Below, piece after piece: positions 52,571 to 64,000 of a stretch of DNA of 64,000 bases. Source of the stretch: Epiperipatus broadwayi (Eukaryota; Animalia; Onychophora); NCBI GenBank assembly GCA_028023455.1, contig JAQFVV010000008.1, positions 9,672,001 through 9,736,000 on the forward strand, in the 5' to 3' direction. The notes below the pieces were generated by a model that had not been told where the DNA came from, made no database searches, and saw nothing but the letters and a program-made list of their open reading frames with translations. The translations under genes were made by a program, and so were the position numbers. The number at the start of each line of letters is the position of its first letter. Within the stretch, counting starts at the first letter, position 1.

Positions 52571-53756
52571 AGAGTTGGATCTCATTTTATGCGGTTAATC
52601 AGTTCCGCAGAAAACCTGCATTAAAAAAATCGCACAAAAATACTTAACTTACCTTGAAAAATGGGGGATATGTTCTGTAATTTTCAGAAATTGCATAAAA
52701 GCAAAGCAACAAGGAAAAATTACTTTAAAATTTGCATTAAAAAAAAAAAAAGAAAATAAAGTATGACTAATAAAAAATTTCAAATATTTGAAAAAAATTG
52801 ATATAAGACAAACTTTTTTTATTAACTCCAGTATTTAATTTTATATTTTTTCATACATATTTTAATCATTATCGTATTTAATGTGCGGTTCATTTGTGAA
52901 CTGGTAAGAAATCAGATTCGTCACAAGTGAAAGTACAACTAGCGCCATTGTCAGTCTTGTGCTGTGTTAATGGTTTTCCGTCAAAAATGTAATCAGTGAT
53001 TAAATTTTGAGATGATGATTTTACTAATTGTTTATAAAGCTCGCGATATCCAGACATACAACTATTTAACTCTCATTGGAATTTAAGAAGTTTTTCATTA
53101 CAGCAAACTCAGATTTCAGCATTTTCTGACATTTTTCTTTGTCTCACACATCAATATAAAATCTATGATTAAATGATTTTTACTTATCAGAAAATAATAA
53201 ATTTGTCTTCATTTGATAGATATTTTTGTTTACTACTAAAATAAATTTTAAATGTTAACATTTTATTTCTATATTAAAAAATAAGATCGCACTCAAAACA
53301 AAAAGATTTATACATTAACATTTCTATAAAGATTATTTTCACTTTACAAAATCTTTGTTATGTCTGATTATTTTTAAAAATCTAAAAGAGTATTTATTTG
53401 TTATATCCAACAAAATATGTTTTAAAAGTTTAAAATTTTTGAATATTTATTGCAATATTTTTATATTCATAAATATAAATTTATTATTATTATTTATTCA
53501 TAAGTAAGATTATAAATAGCTCCAGGCTATATTCACGTTAGCTGCTAATATAACGTTATATTTTTGAAAAAAAAAAGTATTTCAAGTCAAAATAAGTTAT
53601 TAATAATTTAAATTTCTTGATATCTAATAAATATAATGAAATATGAACTTCTTTATCGCATAAAAGAAACCCGCATAAAAAGATATTAAGAAAAAACATG
53701 AATCGCATAACTTCAAAATTGTATTTAAAAAATCCACATAAAACGAGACCCAGGTG
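52571..53756 (-). mobile_element. Tigger/pogo-family non-autonomous copy E
   Basis: Colinear with copy B at both ends; intact GAGACCCAGGTG|TA terminus at 53756; degenerate opposite TIR. Confidence 0.88.
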
Positions 53757-56700
53757 TATATGGAAATAAAGTTTTTGGAAAGAAATAAAAAGTTTTATGC
53801 ATTTATTTAAAATGCTGGGGAACATATATATATATTTTAAAAGAAAAAAGTGATTGTTTAATTTGTCATTGTATAATAATATTATGGTGTAATATATATT
53901 AAAGAAATAAACCTGTTCTGAATAGAATAAATAATGTAAATGATATATTTTAAGTAAAAAATAAATTTGAAGGTAAAAATATTGGTTTTTTTAAAAAAGA
54001 GATGTATAGGTTAAAAAAAAAGTTTGGAAAGAAAAGAAGTAAGTAGTGTATATATAATGTAGTATATGTAAAAAAGATAAAATGATAAATAAAAGAAAAA
54101 TGCTATTGTTTTTTATAATAAGAATAGATCCATTTTTATATTTTTTATTTTATTTTTGATTGCATTGATAATCATAAAGATGTAAATATGTATTTTGTAG
54201 ATCCTTGAAAATGACTGCAAATAAATTGGTCGAAACATTGGGTGTTTAAACAAGTAAATACATATATATGGTGATGCAAAAAATAAAGTTTTTGGAAAGA
54301 AAAAAGGAGTGTATATTTTTTGATTGGATTTAATGATAGAAAAACAAAAAAGCATCATTTATTTATCAATAATATTTTCAATAACATCTAAATTTGTCCT
54401 TTCTCACTTGTGGAAAATTAAATTTATTTCTAATTTCTCTTGCTAAATTTTTCAAATAATGTTAACATAAGAATTTTAAATATCTGCCATTTTGTCACTT
54501 TTTTTTACATGTACACAAAAATTGCTCCATCAAGAAGAAATAATGCATAGAAAACAAAACTGATCATCCAGACTTGCATGTAAATAACATTTAATTTTTT
54601 AAATCAATACATTATTACGTGGACTAAGTCAAAACAATACAATAATATATCACCTAGTGTGATTACAATAATATGAAATGCAATAAGTAAAACGTGCAAT
54701 GTTGCACACAGAATGATAATCTGGAGTATACAGATCTGCTTAAAATTGATTTGATTACAAAGAATTTATTGCAGTCATTATCAATAAAGATCTATATATA
54801 TTTAATAGCTAAAAGGTTAGGAGATAGAACTGGACAAATAAAACTGGTAATCATTTAGCAGGCACTGAGGGACATTTATTGATATTTGGGGAGCCTCAGT
54901 GGGAATACAATCTGTTGTACAAGTACAAATTTACTTTTTTAAAAAAATATTAATATAAAACTTAGGTAGTTGACAATTTTTTTTCCAAGTAAACAAGAAA
55001 AAAAATTTACAAATTTATTTGTACAGAGGAATAATTAAACAAATAAACAATTATGGAAGAATTTATTATGCTATTTTTCAGTAAGGTCAAGTAGATTTTA
55101 TTAGTTTATATAAGTTTTTAAGGGACTGACATCACTTTCAGGACAAGCATCCACTAGATTTCTCGCATGCTTACACAGATGATGAGTATCTCAAATTGAT
55201 ATATGAAGATTTTTGTGAGATTATGGCATGCGAAAAAAAAAATTCTAAGTGTGTTTCAATCAAAACAATATTACATTAGAGAGAAGGCATTTAAAGCAAT
55301 AAACAGGTTTTTTTGTCTATAAAGAAACCTAAACAAAAAATAGGTAATAGGAATTAGGGTAGTTTTTTTGCAAAGAAATAAAGTTAAAATAATCATTTTG
55401 TGTGTATGTTTTCTCAAAATAATATAGGTAATTTTAAAAACTTTAGACAATTTTAATGAACAATGTGATCATTTTTTTTAAAGATGTCAGCATGAAGGAG
55501 GGGGGGATATCACTATTTCTTTTTTGACTTGTTTCACCTAAATCTGTACACAACATCTTAACTCAAAATTACAAATCAAATTTATTGAAAAGAATGATTA
55601 TTTTGTTTTTGACTACTGTTTCCCTAAAATCCGCAAAACAACATCTTTCTAAAGTAGACATCAAATTTATTGTTCTGAGACTGTTCAGTGGCTACTTGAA
55701 ATATCAACAAATGTCCCAAAGTACCTAATAAATGATTACCAATAAATCATTTGGAACTGTTGAAGACAATTGAAAAATAGTTAATATTATTTTGCAGAAA
55801 ATGAATACAAAATTAACATTAATACATGCTACAAAATTTCATATTTCAAAAATCTATATCACATATAATCTGCTTCAATATATTGCATAAATAACTGGTA
55901 AAGCAGTATCAACTTAGTATTCATCAGTACATAGATAAAAAGACAAAAGTGACATTTTACAACTTTTAGAAATGTCATCAAAAATCTGTACAGCAAAATA
56001 TCCTCAGAAGATTAAATAGTAAAAGAATGAAAATATAAGAATGTTATTATAAAAGCATTAGTCATATCAGAATATTATTTTAGAAGTCAAAATAGGGAAA
56101 AAAATTTAGTTAGCACTTTTATAAATTATTGAGTAATCAAACCCTCGATGAATGATGAACTTTGATCCAGAAAACTAGTTCTCTATTCTATCACTGTGGT
56201 AAATGCATAGATTTTTAAAATCTCTTAATACTTTATTGCTTTTTACTCATAAACTACAAATTTATTATTCTCTATTTTATTGAAACTTTCTCATTTCTTT
56301 TATACTATTTTTATATTTTTCCAATTTCTTCATACAATGTTTTTATAACTATCACTTACATTTCTAATTTTTTTAAACTTTAACCTGTATTTTCTCACTT
56401 TATCATTATCTTATTCTACTTCAGCATGTATAAAGAAATTTAAAAATAATAAGGTAACAGATTGGAAGAGTGTACATGGATAGTGAGAGAATAATAAAGT
56501 AGAAGATAACAGAATAGAGGTAAAAACTAAAGGTGAAAGATTTTATTAAAAACAAAACAATATATAATTCAAAAATTGTAATTGGAAAGTTTGCATAAGA
56601 CAGTCCAAGGTGATAAGAAAAATTTCAATTAGATTGTTTCAATTAAGATTATTTATGAAATAGTATTAAATTGGAAGATATATGTCCTAGAGTTGATATA

Positions 56701-58445
56701 GATTTGAATCATAATGTAGATGATAGAAATAAAAATTATTTTTAAAAAGAATAAAAATTGAGACATAAAAAGATGGGAAGGGACTATGATAAATGTTCAG
56801 ATTTTGTGATAAAATGTAAGACTGAATAAATTCTAGTAAGAGATGGAAATTATATTAGAAAAAGTTAGAAAATGACGAATAAAATGGAATTGTGAAGATG
56901 GAAATATACAAATTCTATATAAATATGTTTAAAAGGTTTAACAATGAAATTAAATATAAAACAACTAGTGAGAGAGTGAATGGAATTTTTCTAAAAAAAA
57001 AAAAAGAAGATAGAATTTAATATGGCATAGTACAAGAAATATATGAGATTTCATTTTAATTATTAGAATTAATTGCAGGGTGGGTGGAATGAAAATCAAT
57101 TTAAAAGAATTAGCTGATATTTGTAATATATCCTGTGACTTATAGAAGAGACTAATCTATGAAATTTAATGTTTTAAAACAATTAGCTTAAGATCATATG
57201 CAACTAAGATCAAGTATATAGTCACCCTTTTTGTAAGAGAACTTTATAATAGATTTAAATATAACAGATGAAACATACTGTGAATATGCCATCCAAATTA
57301 AGACAAGGATGATTGTTTGATGGTGAGATCAATAAATAAATGACAATTATAATTCTTGCTTAATAATTATATTTTTTATGTTTGAATTCTGCTTGTTGCT
57401 GTTTTCTCTACTAATTCTGTGCTGCCATCATTTTCAGATATTGGTAGTATATAGAAACAGCATGCCAATATCATAATTACTTCCATTCATTAATGAGTAT
57501 GAATATTCTAATTCCAAAAGAAAAAAAGGTGAGTCTTGCAATGATTATATAAATTCATCAACAAAAATATATCTATAAATAATCCATTTTGACCCTTGAG
57601 ACTGTTTATGGAAAATCTTTCAAACTCTTTTTCAGCAAATTTTTCTTTTAAAAATTTCAATATTTTGTCTAATTGGAGTTCTCCATAACCTCTCAGTGAA
57701 AATAATCAATAGTGGAGATATTGTGTAGTGACATACTTAAAAATGACTACTGTATTAAAAAAAAAAAAAATTCATAGAAGTGTGACATTTTGTGAAAATA
57801 ATAAATAAGTGATATGAAACTAATATTAAAAACAAAAGCTATAAAAAGTACAGAAGTAAATCCTTAAGTATTTTAAACATATTATTTGATATGAAAAATA
57901 GGCAGAAATAATCCTACATAATTCTTCAAATATCATATATTTATAGACAAAAATAAAATAAAATGAAAATATATGGTGAAAAAAAAAAATCTTGATATGA
58001 ACCCATGGGGGAAGTCTAATAATAGGATTTGATGAACTATACATAGCTGTTTTCAATTCAAATGCATTTTTGCTTGCTACAACTTCAAGGAATTCTGTGT
58101 TTATTATTTGTAAAAAAAAAAAATGCTTATTACTGTAGATTTTGTTTTTTCTTTTTATTACTGTAGATTTTGTTTTTTCTAAGTGTTGAAAATTTCAAGA
58201 TTTGAAAGGGAAGGCATGTTTTAAAATTTATTTTAAATAAATAAGGTTTAAAATACTTTAAATATAACTTTCATATTTTATTTCTTATGTAAATATCTTA
58301 AAAAATACATTTTTAAAACAAAAGCTCTAATAAATTATATCTTAAGAGCCACATATCCACTAAAAAAAATTATGCACATATAAATATGGGCAAACATATA
58401 CAAAATAATTTTGAAATTATAAGTTATAAATTTATAAACAAATTT

Positions 58446-59053
58446 TGTCATCAACAACAGTAGTCTGTCAAATGGAAAGGTTCAGAGAATAGTCACAGCA
58501 TCCTTTCATCCATTTTTTCCATTCCCCATCCTCTTCATTGCCCAGCTCTTCAATTCCACATAATTCTTCCCATCTCTTATATCATCCAACAATGTCAATC
58601 TCTTCCGTCCTTTCTTCTTACTTCCATTCACCATTCCCTCCAAAACATCTTTCATTAAACTACAATTTCTTTTTAATATATGTCCAATCCAATTTCTCTT
58701 TCTCTGTGTGATGTCTTCAAGCTTCTTTTTTCATTTACTCTTTTCAAACTTCATTTATTATTTTAGTCATTCGACTGATTTTCTCCATTCTTCTCAATGT
58801 CCACATCTCAAAGACTTCCAATCTGTTTCTAATTTTATTACTCATTATCCACATTTCATAACTATACATTAGTACACTCCACCCATAGCATTTAATTAAT
58901 CTTTTTCTTAATTCTCTCTTCAATGATCCATAAAATATTTTCTTTCTTTTAATAAAGGCCTCCTTTGTCAATGCTAATCTTTTAACTTCACTTCTTCCAT
59001 CCTCAATCAACCAACTACCCAAATATCTAAATCCCTTTACCTGTTTAACTATG
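58446..59053 (-). mobile_element. RTE-clade LINE, 3' portion
   Basis: FRYLGSWLIEDGRSEVKRLAL.KEAF..RKRLIKCYGWSVLMY..W..RLEVFEMW.LRRMEKIS..RKRNWIGHILKRN..LEG..G..KKGRKR; short TGT/TGA-rich tail near 58446-58460. Confidence 0.88.
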
Positions 59054-59886
59054 GGTGCCGATATAGTACGTGTTTGACGCCGTTTTGAATTTTATAACTC
59101 ACCCAAAATCCTCACTGGCACATTCAAGCGATAAATGACATCGATTATCAACAAGCATACTAATCACAAAGGTCATATTATATAAAAATTGTACTTGTAA
59201 TCATCTAGCCAATTTAAATTAATCCATGTTCTTTATCTTCTAGTTAAGAAGCAAAGTATTGAAAAAAAAAAAATCTTAAACTAGTTTTCCATCAATACGA
59301 GTGCATATACCACTTAAATATATATTAGCTAACTACTAAAAACAATATTAATAAGATTATGGAGTTTATATTACTTTTTAAAAAAAATAAAAAACCTTCA
59401 AGTAATCAACAGTAGGAACAAAGAATTTCTGATTAAAAAAAAACCAACTAAAATTCTATTATTTGTAAAAATAATATGCTGTATTTCGTATTTTATAAGT
59501 TATAATTTTTTTGCATATTAATAAAAAATAGGTTAATTAGGTTTTTTATTTTTTTTTTTAAGTAGAAAACTTAAATTGCCTTTTGATTTCTTTCATAGGC
59601 TTATAACAAACATAAATTGCATTTTGATTTTCGAAAGATTTATGTAAATTGTGATAATGTATGTTAAGACAAAATATTTACTCACATTATTTGATTTTTA
59701 TTAAATGTTAAATATTGATCAAAATTAGGATTTTGATTTTTAAATACTTGATGACAATTGCAAATATTGCATTTTTATAACCGTCTTTTTTTGAAACTAC
59801 ATGTTGATAATCAATGTCATTTATCGCTTGAATATGTCAGTGGGAATTTTGGGTGAGTGGTGTCGAGCGCTTACTATATCGGCATC
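59054..59886. mobile_element. 833-bp MITE with ~100-bp TIRs and 8-bp TSD (possibly Merlin-type), inserted in the RTE LINE
   Basis: Ends GGTGCCGATATAGTA / TACTATATCGGCATC; TSD TAACTATG (59046-53, 59887-94). Removing it restores the frame EIHDNIVKQVKGFRYLGSW. Confidence 0.88.
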
Positions 59887-60310
59887 TAACTATGTTATCA
59901 TGGATTTCAATTTGCAGTCTTTTTGCATTTCTCCCTATACATAAACACTTAAGTTAATCTTCATTCCATACACCCTTCTTCCAATTTATCCAACATCTTC
60001 TGAAGACACTTTTCATTCTCAGCTATAAGAACCACATCATCTGCAAATCTTATTATACTTCCAACATTTGCTCCTCCACAGGTTAAATAATTATTTAGCA
60101 TGTCTTCTAAATAAATATTAAAGAGGATAAATGTCATACTGCATCCTTGCCTAACTCCACTTTCTATATTCACTTCAACAGTCTCATATTCCAAATCAAT
60201 CTTATCTCTTTCCAAAATATTCCATTATCTTTTAAGATGGTTATAAGTTTATTCCAGACTACTCTATCAAATGCTTTTTCCAAATCCACAACACATATAC
60301 AATTTTTGTA
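59887..60310 (-). mobile_element. RTE-clade LINE, RT core portion (5'-truncated)
   Basis: VDLEKAFDRVVWNKL..GVRQGCSM..ILFNIYLE..IRFADDVVLIAENEKCLQKMLDKL. Confidence 0.9.
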
Positions 60311-61016
60311 TCAATGCTAAAACTTTAAAGGAGTTCAACTTTCATTGAACAAATAAATAAAAAAACGTGTCGTTTGTCATGATGAGATTCTATTAATGTT
60401 GGGCCTAATACAAATCTCTTAATTCAGGACTTCTAACTACTTTAATCCAAATCTGCCAGAATGCCATATAATATCCCAAATAATGCGATATTTAAATAAA
60501 TAATTATGATTTTTTTTTGTTATACTTGAAAATTAAAATCTTTGTTATAATTATAATTTATGTACATTGTGACATTTGAATTGCTACTAAATGATTCAAG
60601 GCAAGCAAAAAATTAGTGCTGGATGAATTATTAAATCAGACCATTCATTACTGATAATCTTCAAATATAGTGAAAATATAATCTGATTCTTAAAACAGCA
60701 TTCTTTAAATGAATTTCATTAATATTAACACATTAATGACACAATAAACTTAAATGAAATTTATAAAATCAAAAAAATATTTAATATCTGAAATACAATC
60801 TAATCTTATAAATCATTAGATTATTTTACTTTTTCAAAATTAAATTTTAAGTTATAAAAATGTTTTTATTCAACAAAGATTTTATAAAATCCTTATATTT
60901 TATCACTAATCTTAATAAGAATTTTTTACCTTTTTCTAAATCAAGGATTTGATTTTACTTCTTTTATTTAGAGTTGTAATTATAAATTTTATTAAACGCC
61001 CATTATTATATTAAGT

Positions 61017-61138
61017 AATAATTTACTAAGGCTGTAACCTTAGAAATAAGCGTCTGAAAAAATACGAAGGTAGGGACCTCCCTACCTTCGTATTTTTTCA
61101 GACGCTTATTTCTAAGGTTACAGCCTTAGTAAATTATT
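61017..61138. repeat. Perfect palindrome: 60-bp arms, 2-nt spacer
   Basis: 61017-61076 is the exact reverse complement of 61079-61138; spacer CC. Confidence 0.97.
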
Positions 61139-61579
61139 CTTTTATTTAGATATTTCATATATCTTATGTATATGTAATATTATAACCACTGTAATAAAAT
61201 GTCATTTATAGATTATATACACTACACATTTATATTAAGAAAATTGACTATCAATCATATTTTAAATAAGAAATAAACAAAAGCTAGTCTGTTGTAAAGT
61301 GAGTACTGGAATAGTTAAGTTTTATTTGAAAAGATAAGTGTTTAAAAAGAAATAGTAGAGCATGCAATAAATTTAGTTTTCAAAATAACTACTGATTTCT
61401 AGTTATGACTGGATCACTTTTACTGCTAGTTTTTTTTTTTTTTTCAAAGCACAATATTTGTTTTGTTTTTTTTGTACAGAAAATATACAGTAGATAGTAA
61501 ATATACAAATATTTAATAAAGATATTCTATTTGATGCTCCTATAGTATGAGATCTACTCAACATAAGGAGCCACAACTG

Positions 61580-62950
61580 TTCATACTGTAACGTTTATTT
61601 ATATACGTTGCAAATATATTGGCATTGGGTAAAAAAAAAAAACTAAAAGATAAAAGTGGATTTAAAATTTTGTTGAGTAATTTTTTTTTTAAAAAAAAAA
61701 AACGTACAATGAGGGTTGAATTATTCTTCTTATTTTTTTTTTATGTGATTAGTAATAACAGTAATTGGAGAGAACAAAAGAATTCCAAAAGCAAGTAAAA
61801 AAGATAAGCTGAAAGTAGAAATACTCAAATTAATTAAAGATGGCCGAAAACTTAAAGAAAATAAAGACTTTATTACATAAAATTTATAAAGACTGGATAA
61901 GATTAAAAGGCATGGTACTAGCATGCGCAGAAGTCCTGAAAACTGGATATAAAAGGAGGGATCCGGTTGAAGGAACGCTTGTTGTTTTGTTTCTCTAGTT
62001 GGTCTTGGATAACATTAATAGATCCAAGATCGCTCTTCGCTGAAGGAATTCGGCATGTCGCAGTGAACCGGAGCTCCTGAAGACATCGGACCTAATGATG
62101 TACACCAGGAAAAGCCTTCGTGACCGAATGGGGAAATGGACCACAAGATCAAGCAATAACCAAAAGGCTGAGCTCATTATAACCAAAAAACTATGCATAG
62201 TTATCTACTACTGAATTCATGAAACTTACGGTAAGAATAATTATCCTGATTGTGACAAAGTTAACTATATAAAACTACTCGTAAAAATATACGTATAAAG
62301 AATCCCGATAGTGACTTTAATTTTTCTATATGAGAGACTCTTATTTAACCAAGAACTTTTTTTTATTTTAACTGATATTTATATATTTTCTGGATATTTC
62401 CCACCTGAATTAAATGTGTTCTCTCCAAGATATTAATTAGCTACTTAACATGAAGTATTTTAGTTTGTCAAAATTAAAAATATTTCTAATATCAATTCTC
62501 ATTTGTCGTTATTAATAATAGTTATTATTTTTTATTATTAAATTTATTTTTAGTGTAATAAGATTTAAACTAAGTTACCTTTGCCAATATGTTTCAATAC
62601 GCCCAGGACTAATAATCGTAAAAATCATTAATTCTCATTACGGTAGAATTACCGCCCCTTAAAAAAAAAAATATAATAAAAATCTTTTTATTTTTTTTTG
62701 TTTTACAACTTGCGAGAGGTGCTGGCGACATATTTCAGCGGATTCTTAGGAATTCTGGCGCCCATAGTAAATAAAATTAAAAGTTGATTTTGTCAATAGC
62801 ACAATTCGTAACAGTTCTAGGCCGAAGTTGATCAGGAAAAATAGCTGTGTTGAGAATAGAAATACAACTTTCTTTTTCTTTTGAACGCTGACAACTCCGC
62901 AAATATTGAGGCGGGCCGACAAACGAAACAATAACCAATTTGAATAAAAT
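61580..62950. promoter_or_regulatory. CpG-retaining promoter-like or LTR-like zone
   Basis: CpGs are far more frequent than in the rest of the non-TE sequence. TATAAAA at 61948-54, GC motifs (GCATGCGCA, TGGCGCCC, GGCGGG, AAGATGGC), and donor-like sites on both strands (62225-35, 62578). Confidence 0.4.
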
Positions 62951-63546
62951 GTATATACTTATTATTAAACTTACAGCAAGAAATATATACATAATATAGT
63001 TTGCTATTATCTGCAAATTTTAATATCCATGTCATAGCTTAAAATCAAATATTATGGGTATGAGAAGATTAACAAATTTATTAAAAACTTTTATCAAAAA
63101 TTACTTTCTAATTTGTAACTTTTTTTCATAATGGATGCCTATTTTAAAAGTTTTAGAAACCTATACTCTTTCAATTATAAGTTGATAATTAAGAGATTAA
63201 TGTACAGGTTATTCCATGTTATCTTTAAATATACTTTTATCTATAAAACAATTTATCAAATGTCTTTCTTTATTACAAATCTTCTTTATTTACCCACCTC
63301 TGTTACTCAAATTAAATTCTCTTTCAATTCTTTTTAAAATAATAAAATATTTCCAGTTTTTTTTTAAAAAAAAAAAATAATGAAATTTTAAAATGAAGTC
63401 ATCTAGTTATAATTCCTGTATGCTTGGAAAACACAAAAACATTTCAGAATAAACTTGTAATTATAAAAAAAATAACAGAAAATAAATATATTGATAAATC
63501 TCATTATTTCACTATCAAAAATTTTTTTTTTAAAAAAAGGCATATA

Positions 63547-64000
63547 AACCTGTGACTCTTTTTACGTGGATTTATTTAACGCGATTTTGAAGTTACGCGA
63601 TTCAAGTTTCTCCGGAAGTCGAAGTCCGATAATGCGCTATTACTTTAAATAATAAATTTTGCACCCTTACGTCATACTGAAAGTAATAGCACATTATTGA
63701 AATTCGACTTTCATCTTAGTAATTTCAATATTTTCAGTGCTTTATAATAGTAAGATTTTATGCAATAATGAAATTAAAATCATGATTTCCACATTTTATG
63801 TATACACACATTAAATTTTACAAGATTATAATGTAAATTTGTTCAAACATTGTGCGTGTTAATTTTGCATTTTAAATCACATTCTGTTTTTGCTTTTTAA
63901 AAAAGAATGTAATCAATTATTAATCATTTACTGTCCACAAGTTTTTTTTTAAAAGGTAATAGCAGTGGGCACAATTAAAATTGAAAATTAAAAAAATTAA
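63547..64000 (+). mobile_element. Tigger/pogo-family copy F (runs off the window)
   Basis: Near-identical to the first ~430 bp of copy A, preceded by TA. Confidence 0.9.

Larger units (their letters stand above)
51278..54345. repeat. Large foldback: ~450-bp inverted arms enclosing nested hairpins and Tigger copy E
   Basis: ~51278-51738 is the reverse complement of ~53895-54345 (e.g. AATCCAATCAAAAAATATACAC, GTCATTTTCAAGGATCTACAAAATACATATTT, CTATTCAGAACAGGTTTATT). Confidence 0.85.

Noticed and set aside
55620-55760. Minus-strand peptide IGNHLLGTLGHLLIFQVATEQSQNNKFDV resembling the Vps39/Vam6 N-terminus
   Set aside because: Needs two codon gaps, is bounded by stops, has no compatible acceptor phase and no further Vps39-like exons were found; likely chance.
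56440-57160. Purine-rich stretch as a LINE 3' remnant
   Set aside because: Only a vague MDSERIIK-like word; no continuous motif supports a call.
62077-62120. CTGAAGA followed by a CATC/GATG stem as a hammerhead
   Set aside because: The stem is not followed by GAAA, and helices I and III cannot be formed.
62756-62763. TGGCGCCC as a retroviral primer-binding site
   Set aside because: Not preceded by an LTR-terminal CA, and no gag/pol follows.
7966-63337. Most 60-130 aa F/I/L/K/Y-rich ORFs in the track
   Set aside because: Composition is that expected from AT-rich non-coding DNA or TE subterminal sequence; no motifs.

Overview
Very AT-rich, strongly CpG-depleted eukaryotic DNA, probably an invertebrate such as an arthropod (inferred from composition and TE families). 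It looks mostly intronic or intergenic and is densely populated by transposable elements. There are no CRISPR arrays, rRNA genes or convincing tRNA genes. Recognisable content: (1) an uninterrupted 601-aa Penelope-like element (PLE) ORF (RT + C-terminal GIY-YIG) at 1005-2810 and a second 5'-truncated PLE at 22171-22839; (2) six copies of one Tigger/pogo family, one with a decayed transposase; (3) a decayed Merlin (IS1595-like) transposon; (4) a SPIN/OC1-type hAT deletion derivative, several MITEs with clean TSDs, a solo LTR, RTE-LINE fragments and large foldbacks; (5) weak evidence for exons of an unidentified minus-strand host gene and a CpG-retaining promoter-like zone near 61.5-63 kb. The most interesting signal is a set of minimal type-I hammerhead ribozyme (HHR) folds. 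One lies downstream of each PLE ORF, with compensatory U3-A8 and A3-U8 core variants. A canonical-core HHR is carried by a non-coding ~0.4-0.5 kb repeat family, found as tandem units with a 5'-inverted copy at 45.3-46.4 kb and as an inverted pair at 12.3-12.76 kb. This is a candidate retrozyme-like, PLE-mobilised RNA element. All calls were made by eye; no database search or folding program was run.
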